Shown: piece after piece, positions 8,723 to 17,560 of the stretch | Position numbering within the stretch: position 1 is the first letter of the stretch | Layout: each line of letters begins with the position of its first letter | From: Eubacteriales bacterium | GTDB lineage: Bacteria > Bacillota > Clostridia > Oscillospirales > CAG-272 | Reading direction: 5' to 3' | NCBI GenBank assembly: GCA_051893885.1 | Contig: JBJFHS010000291.1 | Location: 1-33,757, forward strand | Length of the DNA stretch: 33,757 bases | The notes under the pieces: generated by a model | What the model saw: the letters and a program-made list of their open reading frames with translations, nothing else | What the model was told of the DNA's origin: nothing | Database searches by the model: none | Position numbers and translations under genes: made by a program

Positions 8723-10027
8723 ATGAGCCTGAAATCACAGGAAACAATCGCTGCGAATCAGCAGAAAATCACTTTTGATGTGGATCACGCCACATTTGAA
8801 AACGCGATAAACAAGGTATATAAAAAAGCTGTCAAGAACATCACAGTCCCCGGCTTCCGCAAGGGCAAAGCTCCCCGTCCGCTCGTTGAGAAAATGTACG
8901 GCAAGGAAGTTTTCTATGAGGATGCAATCAACGAAGTAATTCCCGACGCTTACTCTGAAGTGATCAAGGAAGAGACAAGAGTTATCGTAAGCCGCCCCGA
9001 ATTTGACGTTGTATCAATCGGCGACGACGGTGTTGTTCTCTCCGCAACATACTTCACCAAGCCCGAGGTTGAAATCGCAGACTACATCGGAATCCCCGTT
9101 GAACGCCCCGTTTCCCACGCTACCGACGAAGAAGTTGAGGAAGAGCTCAAGAGAGTACAGAACCGCAACTCCAGAATGATCGAAATCACCGACCGCGCTG
9201 CCGAAAACGGCGACCTCGTCACAATCGACTTCGAGGGCTTTGTTGACGGCACTCCCTTCGACGGCGGCAAGGCTGAAGGACACCAGCTCAAGCTCGGCTC
9301 CGGTCAGTTCATCCCCGGCTTTGAAGACCAGGTCATCGGCCACAATATCGGCGACAATTTTGACGTAAACGTAACCTTCCCGGCTGACTATCACGCAGAA
9401 AACCTCGCAGGCAAGGAAGCAGTGTTCAAGTGCGCACTCCACGCAATCAAGTACACCGAGCTCCCCGCACTCGACGACGACTTCGCAAAGGACGTTTCCG
9501 AGTTCGACACACTCGACGAATACAAGGCTGACATCAGGGCCAAGGCTGAGGAACAGCACAAGAAGCACGCCGACAATCACGTTGACGAAGCTCTTATCAA
9601 GGCGCTCATCGAAAAGCTCCAGGGAGACATTCCGGTTTGTATGTTTGAAAACGAAACGGAAAACCTCGTCCGCGACTACGACAACCGCCTGAGAATGAAC
9701 GGCCTCGACTTAAAGACTTACTTCCAGTACACCGGCATGGACCTCGACAAGCTCCGCGAACAGATGAGACCCGACGCCGAAAGACAGGTCAAGACCCGCC
9801 TCGCACTCGAGAAGATCGCCGCTCTCGAAAACCTCGTTGCATCCGAAGAGGAAATCGCAGAGGAATACAAGCGTCTGGCTGATATGTACGGCATGGAAGA
9901 GGACAAGGTTAAAGATGCGGTTGACCCCGAAGCTGTAGCCGAAGACCTCAAGGTAAAGAAAGCAATCGAGCTCGTCCGCGACAAGGCTGTTGTAACCGAA
10001 GTGGAAGACAAGCACGACGCTGAATAA
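8723..10027 (+). CDS. tig: Trigger factor
   Basis: 434 aa, with the ribosome-binding signature GFRKGKAP, a central FKBP-type PPIase domain and an acidic C-terminus. Followed by clpP-clpX. Confidence 0.95.
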   Translation: MSLKSQETIAANQQKITFDVDHATFENAINKVYKKAVKNITVPGFRKGKAPRPLVEKMYGKEVFYEDAINEVIPDAYSEVIKEETRVIVSRPEFDVVSIGDDGVVLSATYFTKPEVEIADYIGIPVERPVSHATDEEVEEELKRVQNRNSRMIEITDRAAENGDLVTIDFEGFVDGTPFDGGKAEGHQLKLGSGQFIPGFEDQVIGHNIGDNFDVNVTFPADYHAENLAGKEAVFKCALHAIKYTELPALDDDFAKDVSEFDTLDEYKADIRAKAEEQHKKHADNHVDEALIKALIEKLQGDIPVCMFENETENLVRDYDNRLRMNGLDLKTYFQYTGMDLDKLREQMRPDAERQVKTRLALEKIAALENLVASEEEIAEEYKRLADMYGMEEDKVKDAVDPEAVAEDLKVKKAIELVRDKAVVTEVEDKHDAE

Positions 10028-10038
10028 TGCAAACAACT

Positions 10039-10074
10039 CCGCTGCAGAGACTTCAGAACTCATGCGGCGGTTTT
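10039..10074 (+). terminator. Possible intrinsic terminator after tig
   Basis: ccgctgca (10039-10046) pairs with tgcggcgg (10063-10070), with one mismatch, followed by TTTT. The loop is large (16 nt). Confidence 0.4.
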
Positions 10075-10185
10075 AGATTTCCCGAAGTTTATTTTCTTTC
10101 CGAGGGAAAACCGCATAGGCAAAACATTTCCCGCAATATAATTAATAGGTATTGAACTTTATATTAACATAAGGAGGACAAAAAC

Positions 10186-10770
10186 ATGGCACTTGTACCA
10201 ATGGTAGTACAGCAGACTAACCGCGGAGAACGTTCCTACGACATATATTCGAGACTTCTTAACGACAGAATCGTATTTCTGGCAGACGAGGTGAACGACG
10301 CGACCGCCTCCCTCGTTGTGGCACAGATGCTCTATCTTGAGGCTGAGGACCCCGACAAGGATATCTCCCTCTACATCAATTCCCCGGGCGGCTCAATCAC
10401 AGCCGGAATGGCTATCTACGACACGATGAACTTCATCAAATGCGACGTATCCACAATCTGCATCGGCATGGCGGCATCCATGGGGGCATTCCTTCTCTCC
10501 GCCGGTGCAAAGGGAAAGAGACTCGCGCTGCCCAACAGTGAGATCATGATCCACCAGCCCCTCGGCGGAATGCAGGGACAGGCGACGGACATCAAAATCC
10601 ACGCAGACCGCATCCTCCGCACCCGCAAGACCCTCAACACCATCCTGTCGAAGAACACCGGCAAGCCGATTGAAATAATCGAAGCCGACACCGAGAGAGA
10701 CAACTTCATGTCAGCCGAGGAGGCGCTTGCCTACGGTCTCATCGACAAGGTTATTGAGCACAGACCCTAA
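10186..10770 (+). CDS. clpP: ATP-dependent Clp protease proteolytic subunit
   Basis: [11 protein letters not shown], the active-site segment [11 protein letters not shown] and IHQPLGG. 194 aa. Confidence 0.97.
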   Translation: MALVPMVVQQTNRGERSYDIYSRLLNDRIVFLADEVNDATASLVVAQMLYLEAEDPDKDISLYINSPGGSITAGMAIYDTMNFIKCDVSTICIGMAASMGAFLLSAGAKGKRLALPNSEIMIHQPLGGMQGQATDIKIHADRILRTRKTLNTILSKNTGKPIEIIEADTERDNFMSAEEALAYGLIDKVIEHRP

Positions 10771-10808
10771 GCAAGTCTTGACAAAATTAATCTGAAAGGG
10801 ACCCCCAC

Positions 10809-12128
10809 ATGGCTCAGAACACAAAAAACAACGGAAGAATGAGGGTTGAACGCTCGTGCTCCTTCTGCGGCAGAAGCGAAAATCAGGTGGAATTCCTCAT
10901 TCCCTCTCCCACGGGGCTATATATATGCGACAAATGTATAGACGCCTGCAACGACATTATATTCGACCATTTTTCCGCTGAAAGCGAGGGCGGCACATCT
11001 ACTGCACTGGCTGACCAGTCACTCCCGAAGCCGATTGAGATTAAAGCGACTCTCGACGAGTACATCATCGGTCAGGACAACGCAAAGATAGCTCTCTCGG
11101 TGGCGGTGTACAATCACTACAAGCGTCTGATACAGAAGGATGCGAAGCAGAAGCGCGAAAACGCTATGAAAAACCGAAAAGACGCGGCGGAAAACCTGCC
11201 CGAGGACGACGTTGAGATTCAGAAGAGCAACGTACTTCTCATCGGCCCGACCGGCGTTGGCAAGACATTTCTGGCTCAGACCCTCGCAAAAACTCTGAAG
11301 GTTCCGTTCGCTATAGCTGACGCCACCACGCTTACCGAGGCGGGATATGTCGGCGAAGACGTTGAAAACATACTTCTGCGTCTGATTCAGGCTGCGGACT
11401 ACGACGTTGAGCTCGCGGAGAGAGGAATCATCTACATCGACGAGATAGACAAAATCTCCCGCAGAAGCGAAAACCGTTCGATAACCCGCGACGTTTCCGG
11501 CGAAGGCGTACAGCAGGCTCTGCTCAAGATTCTCGAGGGCACAGTCGCAAACGTACCTCCTCAGGGCGGCCGCAAGCATCCGAATCAGGAATTCATACAG
11601 ATCAACACGGAGAACATTTTATTCATCTGCGGCGGCGCGTTCGACACTCTCGACCAGATCATCGAGCAGCGCAAGGGTCAGGCGATGATAGGCTTCTGCG
11701 GCGAGATAAAGAAAAAAGAAGAAAAAATGCGCGAGGCTATCTTCAAGGAAGTTACTGCGCACGACATAGTCAAGTACGGACTCATCCCCGAGCTTGTGGG
11801 ACGTCTTCCCGTTATAGTGGGACTTGAGAACCTCGACGCGGACGCCCTTGTGCGGATTCTGTCAGAGCCGAAAAACTGCCTGACAAAGCAGTACGCGAAG
11901 CTGTTCGAGATGGACAACGTGGAACTCGAGTTCACTCCCGAGGCTCTCAAGGCTGTGGCAAACCGTGCAATTGAGCGAAACACCGGTGCGAGAGGTCTGC
12001 GTTCGATTTTGGAGGAGACGATGACCTCGCTCATGTTCACGCTCCCCTCACGCGACGACGTATCAAAGGTGACCATCACCGAGGAATGCATCACAGGCAA
12101 AGGTGAGCCCGTGCTTACACTCAAATAA
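10809..12128 (+). CDS. clpX: ATP-dependent Clp protease ATP-binding subunit ClpX
   Basis: N-terminal zinc ribbon CSFCG..CDKC, Walker A GPTGVGKT, Walker [11 protein letters not shown] and [10 protein letters not shown]. Confidence 0.97.
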   Translation: MAQNTKNNGRMRVERSCSFCGRSENQVEFLIPSPTGLYICDKCIDACNDIIFDHFSAESEGGTSTALADQSLPKPIEIKATLDEYIIGQDNAKIALSVAVYNHYKRLIQKDAKQKRENAMKNRKDAAENLPEDDVEIQKSNVLLIGPTGVGKTFLAQTLAKTLKVPFAIADATTLTEAGYVGEDVENILLRLIQAADYDVELAERGIIYIDEIDKISRRSENRSITRDVSGEGVQQALLKILEGTVANVPPQGGRKHPNQEFIQINTENILFICGGAFDTLDQIIEQRKGQAMIGFCGEIKKKEEKMREAIFKEVTAHDIVKYGLIPELVGRLPVIVGLENLDADALVRILSEPKNCLTKQYAKLFEMDNVELEFTPEALKAVANRAIERNTGARGLRSILEETMTSLMFTLPSRDDVSKVTITEECITGKGEPVLTLK

Positions 12129-12136
12129 ACAAAACG

Positions 12137-12164
12137 GCAGTCAGAAATGGCTGCTTTTTTATTT
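12137..12164 (+). terminator. Intrinsic terminator after clpX
   Basis: gcagtc (12137-12142) pairs with ggctgc (12149-12154), followed by TTTTTT. Confidence 0.6.
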
Positions 12165-12191
12165 TAAACATGGTTATTTTTTTAACTTATA

Positions 12192-12220
12192 TTTACATTT
12201 TTATACGGAAATGATATAAT
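12192..12220 (+). promoter_or_regulatory. Putative sigma-A promoter
   Basis: TTTACA (12192-12197), 17-nt spacer, TGaTATAAT (-10 at 12215-12220). Confidence 0.5.
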
Positions 12221-12262
12221 ATTCACAAAACCAACTCAAAACCACAGCAGCGGAGGTAAAAT

Positions 12263-13153
12263 ATGCTTGGCGACAGATTGTTAAAAGGGGACTTCGGCGT
12301 TTTCAACCACTATTTATTCGGCGACAAAAACTGGGTGCGTACTACAAATGCTCTCGACATTGAGCGGCTGGCGCGGAATCTCTCAAAAATCGGGGCGTCG
12401 AGGTATTTTATCACACTGATGCAAGGTAACAGATATATGCTCGCTCCGAACCGCACCTATGACGAAATCGCCGGTACAAAGCCGGGAGAAGCCTGCGCGA
12501 TTCGGGACATACCGCTTGAGCTCGGGCTGGAGCTGAAAAAATACGGGATTGATATGTATCTCTACTACACGGGAGACGGGCCGCATTTTGAGCCGGAGAT
12601 CGGGCCCAGATTCGGGATAACCGAGCCGAGGCGGGTGACTGCGGAGTTTGTCGGAAAGTGGGCTGCGGTACTCAGGGAATACAGTGTCCGATACGGCGAG
12701 CTTGTCAAGGGCTGGTGGATTGACGGCTGCTACGAAGCGATTGGCTACACCGAGGAGCTCATGGTGCCGCTGTACGATGCCTGCAAAGCGGGAAATCCGG
12801 ACTGCATAGTCGCGCTCAACGGCGGTGTATATGAAGATATAAAAAAGCATTACTCACGTGAGGAGTTTACGTGCGGCGAGTTCAATGATTTTACATTTGT
12901 ACCAACAAGCGGAATAATCGACGGGGCAAGGGCACACATTCTCGCACCGCTCGGCATCTCACCCGACGGAAGCGAATGGAACTCGTGGGCAAAACCCGGG
13001 CTCAAGCGCGACGCGGACTACCTTGCGGACTACATCAGGCGGCTCAAAGCTGTCGGATGCGCGCTTACGATTGATATTATAATCTACCCCGACGGCACGT
13101 TTGACGCCTCCCAGTTCAACGAGCTGTGCAAGCTGTCGGATATGCTGAAATAG
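12263..13153 (+). CDS. Hypothetical protein, possibly a divergent GH29-like (alpha-L-fucosidase-like) TIM-barrel fold
   Basis: 296 aa with SD ggaggt upstream. By eye the layout (RYFITLMQ.., RDIPLELGLELKKYGIDMYLYY, GWWIDG) parallels GH29 catalytic-domain segments. The usual HHDGF-type segment is not conserved, so the function is uncertain. Confidence 0.4.
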   Translation: MLGDRLLKGDFGVFNHYLFGDKNWVRTTNALDIERLARNLSKIGASRYFITLMQGNRYMLAPNRTYDEIAGTKPGEACAIRDIPLELGLELKKYGIDMYLYYTGDGPHFEPEIGPRFGITEPRRVTAEFVGKWAAVLREYSVRYGELVKGWWIDGCYEAIGYTEELMVPLYDACKAGNPDCIVALNGGVYEDIKKHYSREEFTCGEFNDFTFVPTSGIIDGARAHILAPLGISPDGSEWNSWAKPGLKRDADYLADYIRRLKAVGCALTIDIIIYPDGTFDASQFNELCKLSDMLK

Positions 13154-13226
13154 CGTCTTCCGCAGTCAGGTCTGACCTCTGCCGAACGAAAAAAACAAAA
13201 ATATTACATAAAAGAAAGGTAACACC

Positions 13227-14702
13227 ATGAAAAAAGTGACATCAATACTGCTGCTGTGCGCTCTGATGCTTTCGAGCTTCGCCGCCTGCAGTGACAGCAA
13301 TGGAAACGAAAACACATCCGACACCGCTCAATCGGGCAGCGAAACCGCTCAGTCAACCGACACCTCAGCGGAAACCGAAGCCGAGACGGAACTTACGCAC
13401 AATCTCCCCTCAATGAACTTTGACGGCGAAATCTGCACCGCTCTGGTTCGCACCGCAAGACTCTCCCACTTCACTGCGGAGGAATTCACGGGTGAGGCAC
13501 TCAACGACGCCGTATATGAGAGAAATATGCGCGTTTCCGACGAATTCAACGTTGAATTTCAATTCGTCGACTGCGAGGACAACAGCGCTACATTCAACAA
13601 TATTATCGGTCAGAGCGTCATGGCCCGCGACAGTGCGTACGATATTGTCGCTCCCGACTACTGGTGGAAGACCGAGGTGGGCGGCTGGTTTCTGAACCTG
13701 AAAACCGTGAACTACCTCGACCTCGATATGCCTTGGTGGTGCAACGGATGGAACGAGGCGGCCGAAATTGACGGTATGCTGCCCGGCGCGGTCGGATTCT
13801 ACACCCTCGACATGATTCAGAACATGAACATGATTTACTTCAACAAAAACCTGTACGATTCGCTCAGCTTTGACTCCGCATTCAATCTGAACGGCCTTTA
13901 CGACACCGTGCGTGAGGGCAATTGGACGTACGATCTGTTCTGTCAGATGTCTGACGCGGCGGCCTCGGACCTCAACGGCGACGGAACAATGTCTGACGGC
14001 GACAGATACGGAACACTCTCCGAGCTTCAGGCGGGACGTGCGCTTTTGTGGAGCAGCGGACTTGAGCTCTGCACAAAGGATGAAAACGGCGAGCTGATTC
14101 CGACTCTCTCAACCGAAACGAACTACAACATATTCCAGTCCGTGCTTGCGTTCTACAAGGACAGCGCGAACCGTTACGACGGCGATATAAATAAGATTTT
14201 CTCTGAGGACAAGTCACTGTTTCTGATGTCCGCTGTCGGAAACGCTGTGTATCTCAGAGACATGGAGAGCGATTTCGGCGTGATTCCCTACCCCAAATAC
14301 AACCCTGAAGACGAGACATACCGCAGCCGCAACTTCGGTTCCTCTTATTTCGCAATTCCGATCACCGCTAAAAACATAGATATGTCCGCAGTCATCCTCG
14401 AGGCGCAGAACTTCTACAGCTACAGAGACGTCCGCCCGACATATTACGAGACTATCCTCAAGGAAAAGGTCTCCCGCGACGCCGACACGAGTGAAATGCT
14501 CGACCTAATCATCGACTCCTGCTACATCGACACCTTCTTCATTTACGGCTCAAACCTCTCGTTCGTGGCGGACGCTCCGTTCAATATCGTTCTGAGCAAA
14601 AACGACACATATATGTCAACCATGAAGACGCACGAAAAGGTGATAGGCAAGCTGCTCGACAAATTCATATCCTCTCTCCAGCCGCAGGATCTATCCGAAT
14701 AA
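13227..14702 (+). CDS. Extracellular solute-binding lipoprotein (ABC-type sugar-binding family), paralog 1
   Basis: Signal peptide with lipobox (LSSFAAC), a Ser/Thr/Glu-rich linker and a 491-aa SBP-like body. No permease or ATPase gene is adjacent. Confidence 0.75.
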   Translation: MKKVTSILLLCALMLSSFAACSDSNGNENTSDTAQSGSETAQSTDTSAETEAETELTHNLPSMNFDGEICTALVRTARLSHFTAEEFTGEALNDAVYERNMRVSDEFNVEFQFVDCEDNSATFNNIIGQSVMARDSAYDIVAPDYWWKTEVGGWFLNLKTVNYLDLDMPWWCNGWNEAAEIDGMLPGAVGFYTLDMIQNMNMIYFNKNLYDSLSFDSAFNLNGLYDTVREGNWTYDLFCQMSDAAASDLNGDGTMSDGDRYGTLSELQAGRALLWSSGLELCTKDENGELIPTLSTETNYNIFQSVLAFYKDSANRYDGDINKIFSEDKSLFLMSAVGNAVYLRDMESDFGVIPYPKYNPEDETYRSRNFGSSYFAIPITAKNIDMSAVILEAQNFYSYRDVRPTYYETILKEKVSRDADTSEMLDLIIDSCYIDTFFIYGSNLSFVADAPFNIVLSKNDTYMSTMKTHEKVIGKLLDKFISSLQPQDLSE

Positions 14703-14772
14703 CAGTCAAAATTAACGCCTTTCTAAAAGACTTAAAAATCGGCTAAAGGAACATTAAAAAACGATAATCCCA

Positions 14773-14801
14773 TTGCGTTCGGCGCGGGAGAGATGTATAA
14801 T
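14773..14801 (+). promoter_or_regulatory. Putative sigma-A promoter
   Basis: TTGCGT (14773-14778), 17-nt spacer, TATAAT (14796-14801) preceded by TG. Confidence 0.4.
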
Positions 14802-14842
14802 ATCGGTGTAAGATAAATTTACATCATCAAGGAGACACTCAA

Positions 14843-15079
14843 ATGAAAGAACTTATTGATTCCATCGACTCGCTTCCGATTCTGATCAAGGTAATCCTCG
14901 CAATCCCCGCGCTCGACATTATCTGGGGCATATACCGCATTGTGTGCAGCCTCATGGACAACGACACGACGGCGCTGGTGATCTCGATAGTCCTTCTCTT
15001 CATACCGTTCATGTGGATCATCGACATTGTATTCATTATACTCAACGGCAGCGTATGGCGTTATCGCCGCGCGGCATAA
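14843..15079 (+). CDS. Small hypothetical membrane protein (two predicted TM helices)
   Basis: 78 aa with SD aaggag upstream and two hydrophobic stretches. No family recognised. Confidence 0.55.
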   Translation: MKELIDSIDSLPILIKVILAIPALDIIWGIYRIVCSLMDNDTTALVISIVLLFIPFMWIIDIVFIILNGSVWRYRRAA

Positions 15080-15102
15080 AAATCAGAAATATTTCTGAAA
15101 AG
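15075..15102. repeat. 28-nt palindrome-containing repeat, copy A (cataaaaatcaGaaatatttCtgaaaag)
   Basis: It contains the perfect 16-nt palindrome tcagaaatatttctga (15083-15098). It matches 16924-16951 at 26 of 28 positions. Confidence 0.8.
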
Positions 15103-15142
15103 TGCTGCGGTACAATAGATAAGTAACTGAAATAAAACAGAA

Positions 15143-15211
15143 AAGACAACTCAGAAACGGCAGGATGAAAGCGGCCAGACCGGCATCGAGCCGAAGGAGT
15201 TGTCTTTTTTT
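15143..15211 (+). terminator. Possible intrinsic terminator
   Basis: aagacaactc (15143-15152) pairs with gagttgtctt (15198-15207), followed by TTTTT. The loop is unusually long (45 nt). Confidence 0.4.
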
Positions 15212-15310
15212 ATGATAAGTACAGCGTCAGAATATCGGTTTTATAAAGCAGTGAAATGTTCGCCGGAATACGACTTTACACAATTTTCATATATTAATGG
15301 CAAAAATCCC

Positions 15311-15338
15311 TTGACAATTCAGTAAAATATGATAAAAT
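15311..15338 (+). promoter_or_regulatory. Putative sigma-A promoter of the second solute-binding protein gene
   Basis: TTGACA (15311-15316), 16-nt spacer, TGaTAAAAT (-10 at 15333-15338). Confidence 0.5.
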
Positions 15339-15386
15339 AGAATAAATTTATATTTTTTATGTTTTAACCGGAAGGAGAACCGATTT

Positions 15387-16862
15387 ATGAAATCCCATAA
15401 ACGACTTATGACTCTGCTTCTGTGCGCCATGTTGTGCAGCGGAATGATTTCATGTGCGGGCAGCGAGACAAACGAAGGCGGCGAAACCTCGTCTGAGACA
15501 AAAACCTCGTCGGAAACGCAGGAAACCGTGCCTGAGGAAACCGAGCGTCCGAAAGCAGAAGACACGCTCACCGTAAAGAGCTTCGAGGGACGTGACTACC
15601 GCATGATCTCCACCAACCAGGACAACCGTCAGGTGGATATCTGCGCAGACGAAATGACCGGCGCGACCCTCAACGACCTCGTATACGGCAGAAACTCCCG
15701 GGTTTCAGAGATGTACAACGTCAATATGATCGCCGAAGAAGCGGACTACGGTTCGATCAACAATATGGTGAAAACCGATGCGTCCAGCGGCGATACTTCG
15801 TATGAGCTGTATCTGACAAACTACACCGCTCATCCCCTCGGAACCGGCGGTTATCTTTATAATTTTTATGACCTCCCCGCAGTCGACCTCACACAGGAAT
15901 GGTGGGACCAGAATGAAGTGGCGGATATGACAATTCAGGGACGGCTGTATCTCGCAATCGGAGATATATCCCCTACCGAGCTTCTCACATCGGAATGTAT
16001 GCTGTTCAACAAAAATCTCTTTGACGACAACGGCATCACCTATCCCTATGAAGACGCGCTGAACGGCACATGGACACTCGACAAGTTCATCGCAATCGCG
16101 GACGGTAAGACTGCTGACCTGAACGGCGACGGCGAAATCAAGGTGGATGACGATATCTTCTCTCTGACCTGCTGGAGCGACTACGTAACTGCCCTTCTGT
16201 ACGGCGCGGGCGGTGACTTCAGTACCTTTGATGAAGAAGGCAACGTGGTTCTGAACATTGACCTGGAAAAGGCAGTCAATATTTACAACAAGATTTATAC
16301 GGCGGTCAACGGCACAGACGCCAATTACGAAACAAGCGTACATGAGCGTTCATTCAAGGTATTTGAAGAAGGCAGAGCATACTTCTGCGGCATAACCTTC
16401 CAGAAGATTGAAACCTTCCTCCGTGAAATGGAATACGATTACGGCGTTCTCCCGAATCCGAAGTATGACGAGACACAGGTAAACTACTCCACCTGCGTTT
16501 CCGGCGCCGGCTCGATGGTCGTCGTTCCCAAATCCTGCAACGACCCGGAATACATCGGCACTATGCTTGAAGCCATGGCGGCTGTCTCCTATGACATGAT
16601 CACTCCGGACCTCATTGATGTACTCGCGTCGACAAAGAATGTCCGTGACCCCGAATCCTCGGAAATCGTGCAGATGATCATCCGAAACCGTAACTTCGAT
16701 ACGGCGCGTATGCACGACATCCCGGTAGACCAGTATGCGGAAGCTCTTATCAAGCAGGATTCCACCGACGTCGCCAGCTACTTTACAAGACAGGAAATAG
16801 TGTGGACAAAGCTTGTCGGCAAGCTCAACGACAACTATACCAAGAGCGTCGATGCTCAGTAA
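15387..16862 (+). CDS. Extracellular solute-binding lipoprotein, paralog 2
   Basis: Signal peptide plus Cys and an acidic/Ser-Thr linker. Also 491 aa. It shares blocks with paralog 1 (LND.VY.RN.RVSE..NV, FNKNL.D, DLNGDG, D.GV.P.PKY). Confidence 0.75.
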   Translation: MKSHKRLMTLLLCAMLCSGMISCAGSETNEGGETSSETKTSSETQETVPEETERPKAEDTLTVKSFEGRDYRMISTNQDNRQVDICADEMTGATLNDLVYGRNSRVSEMYNVNMIAEEADYGSINNMVKTDASSGDTSYELYLTNYTAHPLGTGGYLYNFYDLPAVDLTQEWWDQNEVADMTIQGRLYLAIGDISPTELLTSECMLFNKNLFDDNGITYPYEDALNGTWTLDKFIAIADGKTADLNGDGEIKVDDDIFSLTCWSDYVTALLYGAGGDFSTFDEEGNVVLNIDLEKAVNIYNKIYTAVNGTDANYETSVHERSFKVFEEGRAYFCGITFQKIETFLREMEYDYGVLPNPKYDETQVNYSTCVSGAGSMVVVPKSCNDPEYIGTMLEAMAAVSYDMITPDLIDVLASTKNVRDPESSEIVQMIIRNRNFDTARMHDIPVDQYAEALIKQDSTDVASYFTRQEIVWTKLVGKLNDNYTKSVDAQ

Positions 16863-16923
16863 TGCGCACAAGGTGAAATTCACTGCGGATGTGACTTCAT
16901 CTTCGGATGTTCACTGACCGCAT

Positions 16924-16951
16924 CATAAAAATCAAAAATATTTTTGAAAAG
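16924..16951. repeat. 28-nt palindrome-containing repeat, copy B (cataaaaatcaAaaatatttTtgaaaag)
   Basis: It contains the perfect palindrome tcaaaaatatttttga (16932-16947). It ends 4 nt before the -35 of the first tRNA-Leu promoter. Confidence 0.8.
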
Positions 16952-16955
16952 CCTA

Positions 16956-16984
16956 TTGACAAACATCACGTGACGTGATATAAT
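16956..16984 (+). promoter_or_regulatory. Consensus sigma-A promoter of tRNA-Leu copy 1
   Basis: TTGACA (16956-16961), 17-nt spacer, TGaTATAAT (-10 at 16979-16984). Confidence 0.7.
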
Positions 16985-17024
16985 ACTAACCGTCGACGAA
17001 AGGTATTATCGGTCGGCGGTTCAT

Positions 17025-17106
17025 GCGGAAGTGGCGGAACTGGCAGACGCGCACGTTTGAGGGGCGTGTGGTACACACCATACGGGTTCAAGTCCCGTTT
17101 TCCGCA
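17025..17106 (+). tRNA. tRNA-Leu (anticodon GAG), CCA not encoded
   Basis: Hand-folded cloverleaf: acceptor GCGGAAG/TTTCCGC, anticodon stem CACGT/GCGTG, loop TTGAGGG, long variable arm tggtacacaccat, T-arm ACGGG-TTCAAGT-CCCGT. 82 nt. Confidence 0.9.
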
Positions 17107-17108
17107 TT

Positions 17109-17146
17109 AAGACAGATTCGTTTTGAGTCTGTCTTTTTTATTTTTT
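17109..17146 (+). terminator. Intrinsic terminator of tRNA-Leu copy 1
   Basis: aagacagattc (17109-17119) pairs with gagtctgtctt (17125-17135), followed by a T-run. Confidence 0.7.
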
Positions 17147-17215
17147 CGAATATCAGCACGGAAAAACCGGAATTTACATAAAAAAATATTTTATAGCTAA
17201 ATTTTCACTAAAGCC

Positions 17216-17244
17216 TTGACAAAACCAGAGTCGTGTGGTATAAT
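17216..17244 (+). promoter_or_regulatory. Consensus sigma-A promoter of tRNA-Leu copy 2
   Basis: TTGACA (17216-17221), 17-nt spacer, TGgTATAAT (-10 at 17239-17244). Confidence 0.7.
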
Positions 17245-17283
17245 ATTATCGTTGACGACAGAACGAAAGCGATGTTCGTCCAT

Positions 17284-17365
17284 GCGGAAGTGGCGGAACT
17301 GGCAGACGCGCACGTTTGAGGGGCGTGTGGTACACACCATACGGGTTCAAGTCCCGTTTTCCGCA
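17284..17365 (+). tRNA. tRNA-Leu (anticodon GAG), second identical copy
   Basis: The 82-nt sequence is identical to 17025-17106. The flanks differ. Confidence 0.9.
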
Positions 17366-17367
17366 TC

Positions 17368-17405
17368 AAGCAGATTCATTTCACCATGAGTCTGCTTTTT
17401 CTTTT
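17368..17405 (+). terminator. Intrinsic terminator of tRNA-Leu copy 2
   Basis: aagcagattcat (17368-17379) pairs with atgagtctgctt (17386-17397), followed by a T-run. Confidence 0.7.
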
Positions 17406-17560
17406 GCCGATTTTATCGCGCTTTTTCTTACAATATAAAATATCTCTTTACTTTTCACCTCTTTTCGTGTATAATATCCTTGTATTTTTATGTTCTGACA
17501 CGGACGGAAAATGTGCTTCCGCCGACAAAATTCACAAAAATTAACATTAACGGTAATATT

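Noticed and set aside
10067-10114. A second hairpin (gcggtttt/aaaaccgc) sharing the 3' arm and U-tract of the tig terminator; considered as an attenuator upstream of clpP
   Set aside because: The alternative partner lies downstream of the terminator, so it would be transcribed only after the termination decision. That is not the geometry of a classical antiterminator. No CtsR-type GGTCAAA direct repeat was found upstream of clpP either.
17480-17560. A TTG-initiated 27-codon extension of the apbE ORF
   Set aside because: The TTG lies only 5 nt downstream of the putative -10 (17470-17475), too close to the expected transcription start. The lipoprotein signal peptide begins at ATG 17561.
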